Assembly (NCBI GenBank): GCA_024679065.1
Contig: JAGIQG010000031.1
Span: forward strand, 17,670,001-17,734,000
Length of the DNA stretch: 64,000 bases
Source of the DNA: Sphyrna mokarran
Lineage: Eukaryota
Reading direction: 5' to 3'
The notes under the pieces are model-generated. The model searched no databases, was not told the origin of the DNA, and saw nothing but the letters and a program-made list of their open reading frames with translations. Each line of letters starts with the position of its first letter. Positions within the stretch are counted from its first letter, which is position 1. Below, one piece after another: positions 27,153-38,728 of this stretch. A program made the translations under genes and the position numbers.

Positions 27153-29247
27153 TAACTTCCAGGTTCCGCAGTGTCGTATTTGGGGGTTATCCCAATGATG
27201 CGTTGGGGAGCTCCTCTAGGAAGTTAAGGATTTACCCAGCAATTACTCAGAAGCACTAACTTCCTCTGGACAGTGCACTAGGTGAAAACATCTGACAGAA
27301 GTGATTTAAGTCACTAACTTAATTTGCTTCTGCCAGTTTTACCGTTAGTTAATCTCAAAGAGATGGAAAAAGACATTGTAACTCCGCAGTAGCAATCTAA
27401 AAAACCAGACCAGACCTCGCATGGTACACCAAGGGGACCCTGAAATCCCTTTACTTGTTCCTGTGTCTTCCCCACTCCTAGTTACTGACATGAAAGGTGG
27501 TGGGAAGTTTGACATACCTCTCTGTGCCCCTGTTTTTCTACGCCAATGCTGCTGGAGGTGTGCAGCACTACTCCTGTCTCACCCAGCCTGAGTGAGAAAG
27601 CTGGGGCGAGACGGGTGCTGTGCAGTTACAGCCAGTGATGTGTTCATTGACAGTGGCAATCCAAAGGAAATTGTCATTCTGATGAAGTTAGGAGTCAAAA
27701 TGTGTATGACTAAAGATAGTTACAAAAATCATTCATTTGTTTCAGGATAACACATCTTTGTACCCTAAATATCAAATACGTATGTTAGCTAACCTATTAC
27801 AGGTGATATAAAACAGGGTGATTCCTGATGTATTATTATGCAATACTGCATTCTCATTGGTTGACTAATATTCTGGAATTCTACTTTGTGCTATTCCATC
27901 TTTTTCAAATGTAGCCATCCTGGTGATTGAAATAACCTCCTTTATTCTGCTAGTTCCCAAAATAGAAAACTGTCAACAGATGTGCTGAGATGTGGTGATG
28001 GTTGTTACAGATAGCTCCCAGGACTCCCAGGTTGCTGTGGGAGTATGCACATTTACATGTATGTTGCAGTCTGAGGTTACGCATGATGTTGGTGGAAGCT
28101 CCAGCTTTTTTTTCCATCACACGGTTGACCAGAACTCTCCTATTCTTAATGCTTGCCATTGGCGTTGAAGGATTTTGTTTGTTTGGCTCTATTAAGACTC
28201 TGTCTTCCTCAACTATGAAGACCTGGGGTAGAATTCAAACCCAGAGCCTCTGTCTCAGAGGCAAAGACACTACTCACTGAGCCACCAGATGTGTTGAGAT
28301 GAGACTTGCTTCAAAATATCATGGGATGAATCGATCTTGCCGATGTTCACATACCTAATGTTTGTTGCAAAGCAACACTTGTGTTGGCCAGTGAGCATTT
28401 TTTTTAGGCCAATAACATAAAAAAACTGGAATATGAAAAGATACGATCTTTCAATATATTTCAGTGTGTAAATCTTTTGAGTTTGACTTCTAAACTCACC
28501 TTTCTTCAACAGAATGAAAAGCAACAGAGTTGTTCTGAGAGAAAAATTAAAAACCCCCAAAAATTTTGCAGAACTTTGTAGAAACCTTAAGAAATTTATT
28601 TCCTAATTTGGACTCTATCCAGAAGATATCTTACACCAGCATATCTTGGAAAAGATCCAGAAATCCTAAATTAAATCTCACATGTGCAGGATTAGTCCAC
28701 AGCAAGTTCTGATTTAGTGCTGTGGTTGTAGTTTGCTTCCTGGATCACACAGTGTCTTCAGCATACAGTGAGAGGGAATGAACTGCATTTAATCTGCACC
28801 ATTGGTGAACCCAAACTCTGTGGTGCCAATAGCACTAGTGAAATATTAATCTCTGTGTAAAAAAGGTTCATGATTTGATGTAAGTTCTGCAGTGTGGTGA
28901 ATTCTATTGTTTCTCTTTTTCTTCAGCGACTCTCTCCCTGTCTGTGTGTTACTTTATTTCCTTGTTCAACTTATGGGAAAACAAAACACTGAAATATATT
29001 GGTAAATATCATGCAAGAGCAAATATAGCTTTTATAACCTTATCGCCTAACTAAAACAGCACAGAAAATAGACGCCAAATATTTAAGATCTACAGCTTTG
29101 TGTTTTCACTGAGTTCATGAAATCCATTTCGTGTCATTTCACCATCGTAAGGATGTAAGAAATATGTTTCAAATTACTTCAATTTTCCATAAGGATTGTG
29201 TTTTTCACAGTTTTTCATCCTAGCTTCTCTTCATCTCCCATTATTAG

Positions 29248-29373
29248 CTGCAAAGTTCACAGATGTTCTTAGCAGTGTGCGGAGAGGGTCAGGACCCTTT
29301 CCTGAACATGAGGGGCCCCAGACTCCTGCCACACAGCCTCAGATGCCTCCTATCATTCCCTCCTCTATGCCTA
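29248..29373 (+). CDS. CAMK2B: 126-nt proline-rich betaM-type cassette exon AKFTDVLSSVRRGSGPFPEHEGPQTPATQPQMPPIIPSSMP (phase 1-1)
   Basis: cattattag|CTGCAAAG...ATGCCTA|gtaagt; DVLSSVRRGSG matches the mammalian betaM repeat DILSSVRRGSG. Confidence 0.92.
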
Positions 29374-29403
29374 GTAAGTAAATGTGTGATGGGAGATAAC
29401 TCA

Positions 29404-29430
29404 GCATGCAGCATGCGTACTGACAGCATG
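29404..29430 (+). promoter_or_regulatory. Triple GCATG (RBFOX-type) intronic splicing element
   Basis: GCATG at 29404, 29411 and 29426, 30-57 nt downstream of the 29373 donor. Confidence 0.65.
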
Positions 29431-30379
29431 CAAGTCTGTACACACACATGATGAGCTTTGTGCAGATAGTTAGCAAAAAGACTTGGATGGCCCAATAAAA
29501 GATACAACCTAAGTTACTGCTTGGCACTGGGGTGAAAGCTATTTACCTTCCTGGTAAATAAATGCTGAAATTGCAATGCCAGTATTGTAGTCCCATTTGA
29601 AGCACACATTTTAATACTGATGAGTTCAGTGTTGGTGGATAATATTCAATAAAGTTGTTGTGAAGTTTGTTTAATGATATTTGCAAGCAGACCACAACAC
29701 AGTGCTCTGCCGCAGTATAGAGCAGCACTGCCTTGAACAATCACTAGATATGTTGTTAACAAGCGCATTTTCAAATAGAACGTGGCTGAACATTTTTCAG
29801 TGTAACATAAATGCAACCATGCTATATCTTCCTTAAGCCTACAAAAGTTAATGAAATTGGATGGCTTTCCTTAACATGAATTGTGTAGAGATTAATTAAA
29901 TAGTCATGTAAATTATAGGGTCTAATTATGTTGTCAATCATAACTTTACATACCATTGCATTGTTTATTTTCCTTGGTTTTTTTTTATCGGTTTCAGTAA
30001 AACTTGGGTACTTTTTTCACCTCCATTCATGTTTACTTCATGTCAAGTTAAAATTAAAGGAACACTGAGGATTTCTAAAGTAAAGCTTAAAAAATACTCT
30101 GCAGTATTACATTATTAATTAAAATAAAATTCAGAAAACTTAAGACTGAAGGAATAATTAACTCAATGCTGAAGAATATTGGATTGCATCCCTGCTGTCC
30201 AATTCTTTTGGAGAAATATATCTCCTCAGACACCTTTATATCCTGGTCCTTATTTAGCCAGCCTCCTATTTCCACTCCCTGGAGATCATTCCAAAGTGAA
30301 CTCATGAATTTCCATTCACTTGTGCTTACTAACCTAAATGTTGAATAAAGCAATGTCTTGATCTAAAATGCTCTTCTTT

Positions 30380-30665
30380 GTGTTCAAATCCCTTTGTTAT
30401 CTCCATCCCTACAACTCTCAAAATTATACATTCCCACATTTGGCTTTATTACATCTCCAATTCCTTCTCCCCTGCCCTTCACTGCAATAAAACTTTTAGG
30501 TGCCTTGATCCTAAGCTGTGGAACTCCCTCCTTTAAGACCTACCTTGTAGTCTCCTGCCCTAACGTCATCTTTTGTGGTCCGTTATCTGTTGACACACCC
30601 ATGAAATGCTTTGGGATATGTTACTGTGTTTAAGGTGCTATATAAATGCAGTTTGATGCTGCCTT
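30380..30665 (+). mobile_element. Degenerate L2-type LINE 3' end
   Basis: tgtggaactccctc...gaaatgctttgggata...aaggtgctatataaatgcag tail. Confidence 0.5.
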
Positions 30666-30694
30666 GTTAGACAGTCCACATTGTCCTAAGTATT

Positions 30695-31355
30695 GGATAA
30701 AAGCAAATTACTGCGGATGCTGGAAGCTGAAACCAAAAAGAGGAAATGCTGGAAAATGTCAGCAGGTCTGGCAACTGACTGTAAGGTGAGAAAAGAGCTG
30801 ATGTTGAATCCAGGTGACCCTTTGTCAAAGCTAAAGGACATAGAAAATGGGAGATATTTAAACTGCAGAGTGAGGGAATGAAAGATGAGTCATAGCCATA
30901 GAAACCAGGGAAACCAGCTATTAGCTGTCCACAGAGAGAATAAAGAATGTGAATGGCCAAATGGCACAGAAGCTAAAATGAAGATATTGGGGGAGGGGAG
31001 GAGGAAAATGGATGGCACAGAAATAAAATTTAGAAAAGGAGAAGCGAAGGGAGAGAAACGGTAAGGTAAGAGAAAGGGCATAAAGTGGAGGGAAAGGGGG
31101 GGGGGAGAAAAATGAAGACAGACAATTCAAGAAATAAGAAGTAGAGAAGAGTAAAAAGAACTAAATTGAATAGAATGAAAACACAGGAGTTAAGGTGGGG
31201 TAGAGCAAGTTGAATTCATGTTGAGACCGGAAGGCTGTAAAGTGCCGAGCAGAAAGACGAGATGCTCTTCCTCCAGTTTGTGTTGAGTTTCACTAGAACA
31301 TTGCAGCAGGCCAAGGACACATGTGGGCATGAGAGCAGGATCGTGTGTTAAAATG
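30695..31355 (-). mobile_element. Penelope-like retroelement 3' fragment (GIY-YIG C-terminus, pyrimidine-rich spacer, terminal repeat)
   Basis: Minus strand of about 31210-31320 translates VLGLLQCSSETQHKLEEEHLVFLLGTLQPSGLN; terminal motif aaattactgcggatgctggaa...aaatgctggaaaat. Related fragments at about 11890, 18415, 38040 and 51650. Confidence 0.75.
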
Positions 31356-31832
31356 TTTTAAGCACACTGCAACTAGAGTTCAAATTTTCCAAAAACTTTA
31401 GGTGCACTGCTGAACACTATTTTAAATATAATTGTGTACAATGATCAGGTGACCTTTACTTTCGTCTTCTTAATGTTGCTGTCCACCCCTGCTTTAAAAC
31501 TTTTGAATCATGAGTTCAGAATCAAGACACCAGCTTGGCGGAAAACTGGAAGTCTGAAGTTTCTCTTCATTCTAATCCGTAAAGCAATTTTACTTATGCA
31601 AGACAATTCCTTCAGTTGTATGACAAAACATTATTCCAAAGCTTTTAATGAACAGTTTGAAGCAATGTAAGATGAGAAGGAAAATCACATTGCTAAATTT
31701 TTTAACTTGTCCAAGATGCAGCTTGCTGAGCAATATCATAACCTGTAATAAATAGCCTGCCATGCTTTCACTTGTAGCAGTTGTTTAAAACCCTGCATGT
31801 TATTATATCATCTCTTCACCTTCCATCCTCAG

Positions 31833-31946
31833 CTGCAAAGTTCACAGATGTTTTAAAGAGTGTGCGGCGAGGGTCCGCACCTTTTGCTGAAGCTGAGGGC
31901 GGCCAGTCTGTTCAGACACCACCTCTCATACCCTTCTCCACCCCTT
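31833..31946 (+). CDS. CAMK2B: 114-nt proline-rich betaM-type cassette exon AKFTDVLKSVRRGSAPFAEAEGGQSVQTPPLIPFSTP (phase 1-1)
   Basis: ccatcctcag|CTGCAAAG...ACCCCTT|gtaagt; first 20 nt identical to the 29248 exon; SVRRGS and EAEG motifs. Confidence 0.92.
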
Positions 31947-32362
31947 GTAAGTAAGCAAGAAGTGCTTCCTGACTGAGTTCTTCATTCCACAGAAGAGTCA
32001 GAGAATGCTATGTGCTTACAGCATGTGGAAGGCATGTATCTTATAATTGACAGTGATCCAAAACTTACGCTGGATGTTAATTTAGTACATGAGTATGTAA
32101 TTAAGCATTGCTTATGACTCGCGTGGGCTCTTGTTACCAAGCAGCAGTGAGTAGAACGATGCAAAAGCAATTTAGTACTTAATTTCAACCTGAGCTTTTA
32201 AACATAAGACAAATTCAGTGGCATGATAGAAATAGTAGAGCATAACAGATTACATGAAATCATTCAGGAGCTAAACACAGTTTCTTGAAAATGCCTGATA
32301 TATTTACATTCCTGGATAATAATCAAGATTATAATACTTGATAACTGTTACTTGTTCATTCC

Positions 32363-32668
32363 TTTTTGTTTTTGTTCAAATTCAATCAAATCAAGTCCAA
32401 TTCAGAATCTCAACAAGTTGAGACATTCCCGATCCAAGCTGACAAGACAGGGTCTCTGCTGTCTTGGGCTTGATGTACATGATCCAAGCTGATTGGAGTA
32501 GACATAACTCCTCCTCCAATGCTTGATCTCATTTGTATCTTAGCCAAAAGGCCGAGATGCCACTTCTAAAAATTGCTTCAAATAAAGCTAAAATGTAACC
32601 TAATGACTCCAACCAAGTACAGCATGTCAGAACGACACCTGATCTTAGCCAAAAGGCCGAGAAACAAC
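32363..32668 (-). mobile_element. About 300-bp retroposed element with two U2 snRNA 5'-derived segments and an A-rich tail
   Basis: Minus strand: ttctcggccttttggctaagatcaggtgt (32635-32663) and tctcggccttttggctaagat (32537-32557) match the U2 5' end; ends gaacaaaaacaaaaa. Confidence 0.75.
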
Positions 32669-35600
32669 ACAAATTGAGCTCTGAATACCAAAGCTAAAAT
32701 CATTTGTTCCTGAGCCAATTTAAGTTTTCAATCTGTTTTGGAATGAAGATTCTGAAAAGTTGACTCATGTGCAAGTATTTATCTCCTGGGTGGAATTTTA
32801 CAGTTCCTTCCGCTGGCACAGTTTTCTACTCTTGGGAGAAATCAGTGGACTTTGAATGCTTGCTGCATTTTATGGCCCAGTCACGCCATGATCAGACTGT
32901 ACAATTCAACCTATGTTTCAATTCCGAACACTGCTGATCTCTTAGCTAAACTTCCCAATATGACTCTGAGGCATTTAATTAAAGCACCAGAAAACTGTCC
33001 TTAAAATGAATCTGGATATGTATAAATATACATGAATCGGGAAGCCATTTATTTGTATTAAGTATTTTTTTAAAACAGTGGTTATTTACTGTTAAAATAC
33101 ATTTTCCTATGCAGAATATCACGATTTCCTATTACCTGAACACCTGTGTGTGAAAGTGAAACTTAACAATTTTTCTTCGAATTGTTTTTTGAGCTACGTT
33201 AGACATCACTTCTTGTTCGAAAATTATGTTTTTACTTTTGAAAGAATTGTATATCTTAAACTGATTGAAGGCAGAATGTAATGTTCTGCCAAACCTCGAC
33301 TGAGTGGCTCTTCTGAACCAGTCAGAAAGAAATGCAGGCTAATGGATCCTGAAAAGACTTCCCATGATTATCTCTCCCATTTGCAAGGAGATGTTGCAAA
33401 TTATTCTGCACCCAGCTACATTAACACAGTTGATTTGACAGATGTTACAAGTTGGCATTTCAACTTGCTGTCCGTTACTTAGGCACTTTTCCTTCTGCCT
33501 AGTGCGTCTACTTTAAGTGAAGCATATGTGAAACATTTATTTCATATTTAAATATGGCATTTTAGTATAACTTTGTGAAATTAAAATATAAAATGCTGTG
33601 ACTTTTTGTTTTGCGGAAACTTGACAACACGCATGGGAAGAGGCTGCCAGAACCAGTTTAATAGCTGATCCACTTTGTCTTGAAACTCTATGAATGTGAC
33701 TTTCCTAAATCTGCATCAGATCTTCATAAATTAATTCACTTTCTTGTATATTCATCCATTTATTTTGCATGTTTAATTTTATGCTGCTTTAATGAATATC
33801 TAGACAATTCCACTATATGTTACTATGCAACTTCACAAAGTCACAAATAATGCAACCAGCACTCATGAAGCAGCACGTAGGCTGGCGTTTTGGGCAGACA
33901 TTATCAAAACCTGACTCTTCACTGTTAATGCAACAAGAGGTAATGGGGGGTTAATTATTAAGATTATCTCCTTGTTACTGCTTAGCTTATTGTTTGATTC
34001 ATCAGTCCTCCCAATAAGGACTACAGAATTGAATACACTGTGGACAGTAGGATACAATCCACTGAAACACAGCAACTGGACGTGGGAGTTTGGACTTGAC
34101 GATTACTCCAACTTCAGAGGGCCCCTTCATTTTTATGTTTGCTTCATTAAACAGCACACCTTTGCCATGTAATGCCACTTTTCAAATTTGGACATCCATG
34201 ACTGTCAGAATTTTTAGATACTATAAGTTTTGTTTCTTCTCAGTTCCCCATACTACTTAATGCTTCAATAGCCAAGCTTAGTTTTGTCAACAGTTTATAT
34301 TATACTCTTACTATTTGGTTCATTTTATGGCATTTGGGAAGAGATGGCAGCCGTATATTTTAAAAGATGTCAGGATACTCAGCATGTCATAGACTGGATG
34401 CGTGATAACACATCTAACTACAGAGTTTTACGAATCAAACAATTGATTTCAACTTGTGCTGTTATAGTGGCTGCGATCGCATTGCTTATACCATTTCCAT
34501 TTGAAATAAAAACTGCAACTAACATCCAGGGAATTTCCACTGATCTGTGATTAATCAAGGAATTAACTGAATATTAAAATAGCAGTTCAAGTTTATTATA
34601 ATTGTAAAAGCAGATCAGATTTTTAGCTGAGTAAGATTTTGTACGCTTGGCAACATAGCATGAATAACCCTCAATTTCGGCACTTTGTTTCCATTATCAA
34701 ACCAAGATGTGCAGCATGTTTGAGAACTTTTCATTACTGCAACATTACAGTCATCAAATGCTTGTACAGAGCTTAACTGTATCTGAGCTGTTGGTTCAAT
34801 TACATACTAAGCTTTCATTCAATATTTTCTGTGGCACAGCCTGACTTCTGGTTTGACATTCTTCAGTTTGCTGTTCATTGGCTGACCAATTTGACACTTA
34901 ATTCAAAACAAATTATGAGATATCTGCTTAACTGTACTTCTAACTGAATTGGTACCATGTGAGATGATTCTCTGAATTAGTTTGTAATCCAGATATAAAC
35001 AATAACACGGCAACATTTGTTAGCAAATTTATAGATTAATCTTAAAAGCCATATTCTCTTCCATTTTACCTGAGTGTTTACAAAGATAATATTAATTTTA
35101 TTTTTAAAATCAGATTTCAGAAGTCCTGATTCTGCATATCACCTTTAGGTGCTAAAGTTGCAGCAATGAGTTCCTGTCCACATTTCTGCACAAAGCAAAT
35201 TATCTGTCTCATTAGACAGAAGAAAAAGAGAGGAAAAAATATTTAGAAACCTTTCTCTCTCAGGGTACCTTGAGCCAGTTGTTTTGAAACTTGCCAAAGA
35301 ATGACACAGGATTGCCAAAGCTGATCTGCAAAGGAGAGAGAAAATGAATTAATTACAACTTCAAATCCAGAGATCCAGTGTCTATTAAATTGGACCTCTA
35401 TTTTGTGAAGTACTCTTCACTAGCTCTTTGTGTAGCATTACCCAACTACAATTTTGCTCACTGAAACTGAAATTTGAAGGTCACTGAGATTAGGATCACA
35501 GCCATATGAGAACCATTTTCAAGTCCAACATATTGTGAATCTAATTCACCATCTTTGTTACAATGGGGCAGACAAATTTAATCTTTCTTGTAACTAAATA

Positions 35601-35689
35601 TAATAACAACATGGTTCCAAGAAGCTATTAAGAAAAGCAGAATAGGTTTTCCTGCCCTCATGGCTTACCTTAATCTTTAAATCAACATC

Positions 35690-35835
35690 ACACATGTTTG
35701 CATTCCCATGAGTTACTGTGCGCAAATTGGTTTCTATGTTTCCTTCAGCAAAACAAGACCAAGGCTTCAAAAAGCACTTCATTGACTGCAAAGCATTTTG
35801 TAATGCTTTGTGGTCATGAAAGGTGCAAGATATTG
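35690..35835 (+). mobile_element. DeuSINE-like relic (3' part)
   Basis: ctgtgcgcaaattgg...gtttcct...cttcaaaaagcacttcattgactgcaaagc...gaaaggtgc; homologous to 2990-3120 in opposite orientation. Confidence 0.65.
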
Positions 35836-36053
35836 TTTCTGTGACAGAAGAGTGCGATATGCAAAAAATAAAGTTCCACATTTTGGAAATAAAATTATCA
35901 CACATTTAGAATGGAAGTTATTTATTCTTCTTGAGAATATGGCTTTATATTTTTGGAGAAACACTCGTTCCCTCAAAGTCTATCCATTTCTGCTTTAGTC
36001 TCTGATATTCTGTGTCTCTTTCACATTTTATATAATTTTTTCCACAAACTCAG

Positions 36054-36137
36054 TTGCTAAAGGTTTGGACCGTATAAGTGTTAAGAGTCAGACCAATGAC
36101 TCCAAGAGACCCCTCAGCTCACCACCTCCAACTCAAT
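36054..36137 (+). CDS. CAMK2B: Candidate 84-nt cassette exon AKGLDRISVKSQTNDSKRPLSSPPPTQ (phase 1-1)
   Basis: ttttccacaaactcag|TTGCTAAAGGT...ACTCAAT|gtaagt; pyrimidine tract, length divisible by 3, open in phase 1, starts AKG and ends in a proline run like the 22855 exon. Confidence 0.62.
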
Positions 36138-36801
36138 GTAAGTGTTACATATATTGGTTCCCAACTCTGTCTGAAAAATGGCTTTGGCTTGCCATTTAAA
36201 TTATAATGTAATAGTACTTTATTATTATGGTGCAACATGGGAAATGATTTACCCTACAACTAAGATGAAAACTTACACAGCCAAATAGTTGCCAAGAGAT
36301 GGCCAAAAACAGCACTCCTGAACTAACATTTTAAACATGTTTCTCCAATGAAGAATGAATTTGAGCTGGAATAGAAAAGCAGGGAATATACCCTTATGCA
36401 CAACTCTACTAAAGATCATACACTGAAGTGGCCAAGTGTCCAATTATCAAAACCAAATGGAATGGGATTAAGAAGTAAAAGATAAGGGAAAGAGAATTAG
36501 GGTTCTGTAGATTGTGATTAAAGTTAAGGATGGCATTGAACAATTCATATTAGAAAATAACTGCTGCAACTGCAGCCTTTTCCCAACAGATGTTTTTTGA
36601 GACCGAGAAAAAAAATTGTTTACATCAGCACTATTTATTTTGATTATATAAGCTAATATGCACTTTCAACTTACATAACTTTTATCTGAACATCACAAAA
36701 ATCATAAAAGTTGTGCCTAATTTAGGCACTAGTTTTGTAAAGTGTTTCCCAATTGAAAATAAATGGAGAAGGAATATTTTCACAGGGTTACACCTTGAAA
36801 G

Positions 36802-37055
36802 AGGGCAGCATGGTGACATGGTGGTTAGCACTGCTACCTCACAGCACTAGGTTCAGGGTTCGATTCCTGACCTAGGTTACTGTTTATGCAGAGTCTACAC
36901 ATTCTCCCCATGTCTGTGCGGGCTTCCTCCGGGCACTCTTGTTTCCTCCAACAGTCCAAAAGTGTTGATTAGGTGCACCGACTACACTAAATTCTCCCTC
37001 AGTGCTCCTGAACAGGCGATAGAGTGTGGCGACTAGAAGATTTTGACTGTAACTG
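36802..37055 (+). mobile_element. tRNA-derived V-SINE-type element, tail truncated
   Basis: gggcagcatggtgacatggtggttagcactgc...ggttcgattcc...aaattctccctcagtg; same subfamily as 4637 and 43515. Confidence 0.85.
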
Positions 37056-38436
37056 AAACACTTCTTCCAATGGTGCCTAAATAACTAATTACGCACTTTT
37101 CCTACTGGCATTATGAACGACTGGCACTTAAGAACTGAGTCAGCACTGTTCTGATGTGAAATCGAGTGAAAAATTATCTTATAGATACCAAAGGACTGGT
37201 CTAGTAGTGACTTATTATGAACGATGACCATGATTTGCCTTCCTGGTCACAGCTCAAGATGCACAAATCTGGTATGTCAATGATCTGGCTTTAAAAAAGA
37301 ATTTATAATCCCATCTACTGATTCTATTACCCCAAGTACATTTCCAACTCTGAAACTGACCGTTTTCCTTCATTCTCAAAATTGTGACTGGAATTTGACG
37401 AACAGCATAAAAGTAATTTTGCTGGTGTTTAACTGCAATATTTTTGAATTTTTATTCTTCTTTTTCTCCAAGCAAGACCTTCTTTATATGACATCAAAAA
37501 TGGGAGTACTTTGTCACAGGTTTTAAATATGCTGTAGCTTGTGTTTGAATGATAACTGAATGAGTTGGAAATATAATTTTCAAACTTAAAGGCTACATGG
37601 TGCAAGTATGGTAGATTCCATTAGCCCTCATTGTTAATTTGCATCCATTTATACTTCTGGGTTCATTCTAATTAGACTATCAGGGAATTCCAGCATGTCT
37701 CATCTTGTGGCATACACCAGGTTTCTTGATAATAATGACCGAACAACAGAAACAACAAATACATGTTTGATGGTTATTACTTTAACTTCCATAAAATCAG
37801 GTGCATTCTTCCACTTGTTTTTAATGTTAGACTGACAAAGTCAAAACTAAAGGTCTCAAGCTGACTGCTAAGTCTGCACAGAGAATCATTCTAAATTTCC
37901 AGTTCATGACTTTGAGGTGGTGGTTTAATCTTCCCAATAGCTAGATAACATCTCCACTGAATAACAAGCAGAAGACCACTTGCAAGCAATCTATGTGGCT
38001 GAGGCAGTAAACATCTTTAATAACAAATTTGCATTCTGTTTAGATCTGCACATCTAGGAGCATCTGTGAAGCGGGAAACAGAGCTGATGTTTCAAGTTAA
38101 CCAGAACTGGGGGGAGGAAGAAATGTGATGGATTTTATGGCATTGAGTGCGGGAGGGGGCAGGAAGAACTAAAGGGAAGGTCTAGGATATAATAGTGGGC
38201 TGGAGAGATTAAATGAAGAAGTTGTCATTGGAAATAAAAGCAAAGAAAGTAGTAATGAAGAAACAAGGTATCTCTCCATAGCTGCAACTTGCCAATTTAA
38301 AATGAAACACTTACCTAGGATCTTGCATTATGCTCTCCAGCTATGTCCCTGTCTTTGTGGTTACATTTCATGTAATATCGCATGTCTCCAATTTTTAAAA
38401 TCTCTTACATGGTATTGTGCCTTTCATTTTTTTTTT

Positions 38437-38728
38437 GGCGGCACAGTGACACAGTGGTTAGCACAGTGCCAGGGACCCAGGTTCAATTCTGGCCTATTTA
38501 CTGTCTGTGTAGAGTTTACATATTCTCCCTGTGTCTGCATGGATTCCCTCTGAGTGTTCCAGTTTCCTCCCACAGTCTAAAGATGTGCAGGTTAGGTTGA
38601 CTGGCCATGCTAAATTGGCCTTTAGTGTCAAAGGGATTAGTAGAGTAAAGGTGTGGGGTGGGATTGTGATTGGTGTAGACTTGATGGGCCGAATGATCTG
38701 CTTCCACACTAGAAGTGCTATGAAATCT
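38437..38728 (+). mobile_element. HE1-like SINE
   Basis: ggcggcacagtgacacagtggttagcac...ggttcaattc...gatgggccgaatga. Confidence 0.88.

Noticed and set aside
32537-32668. Functional U2 snRNA gene
   Set aside because: Only the 5' end matches, with substitutions; no Sm site or 3' stem-loops.
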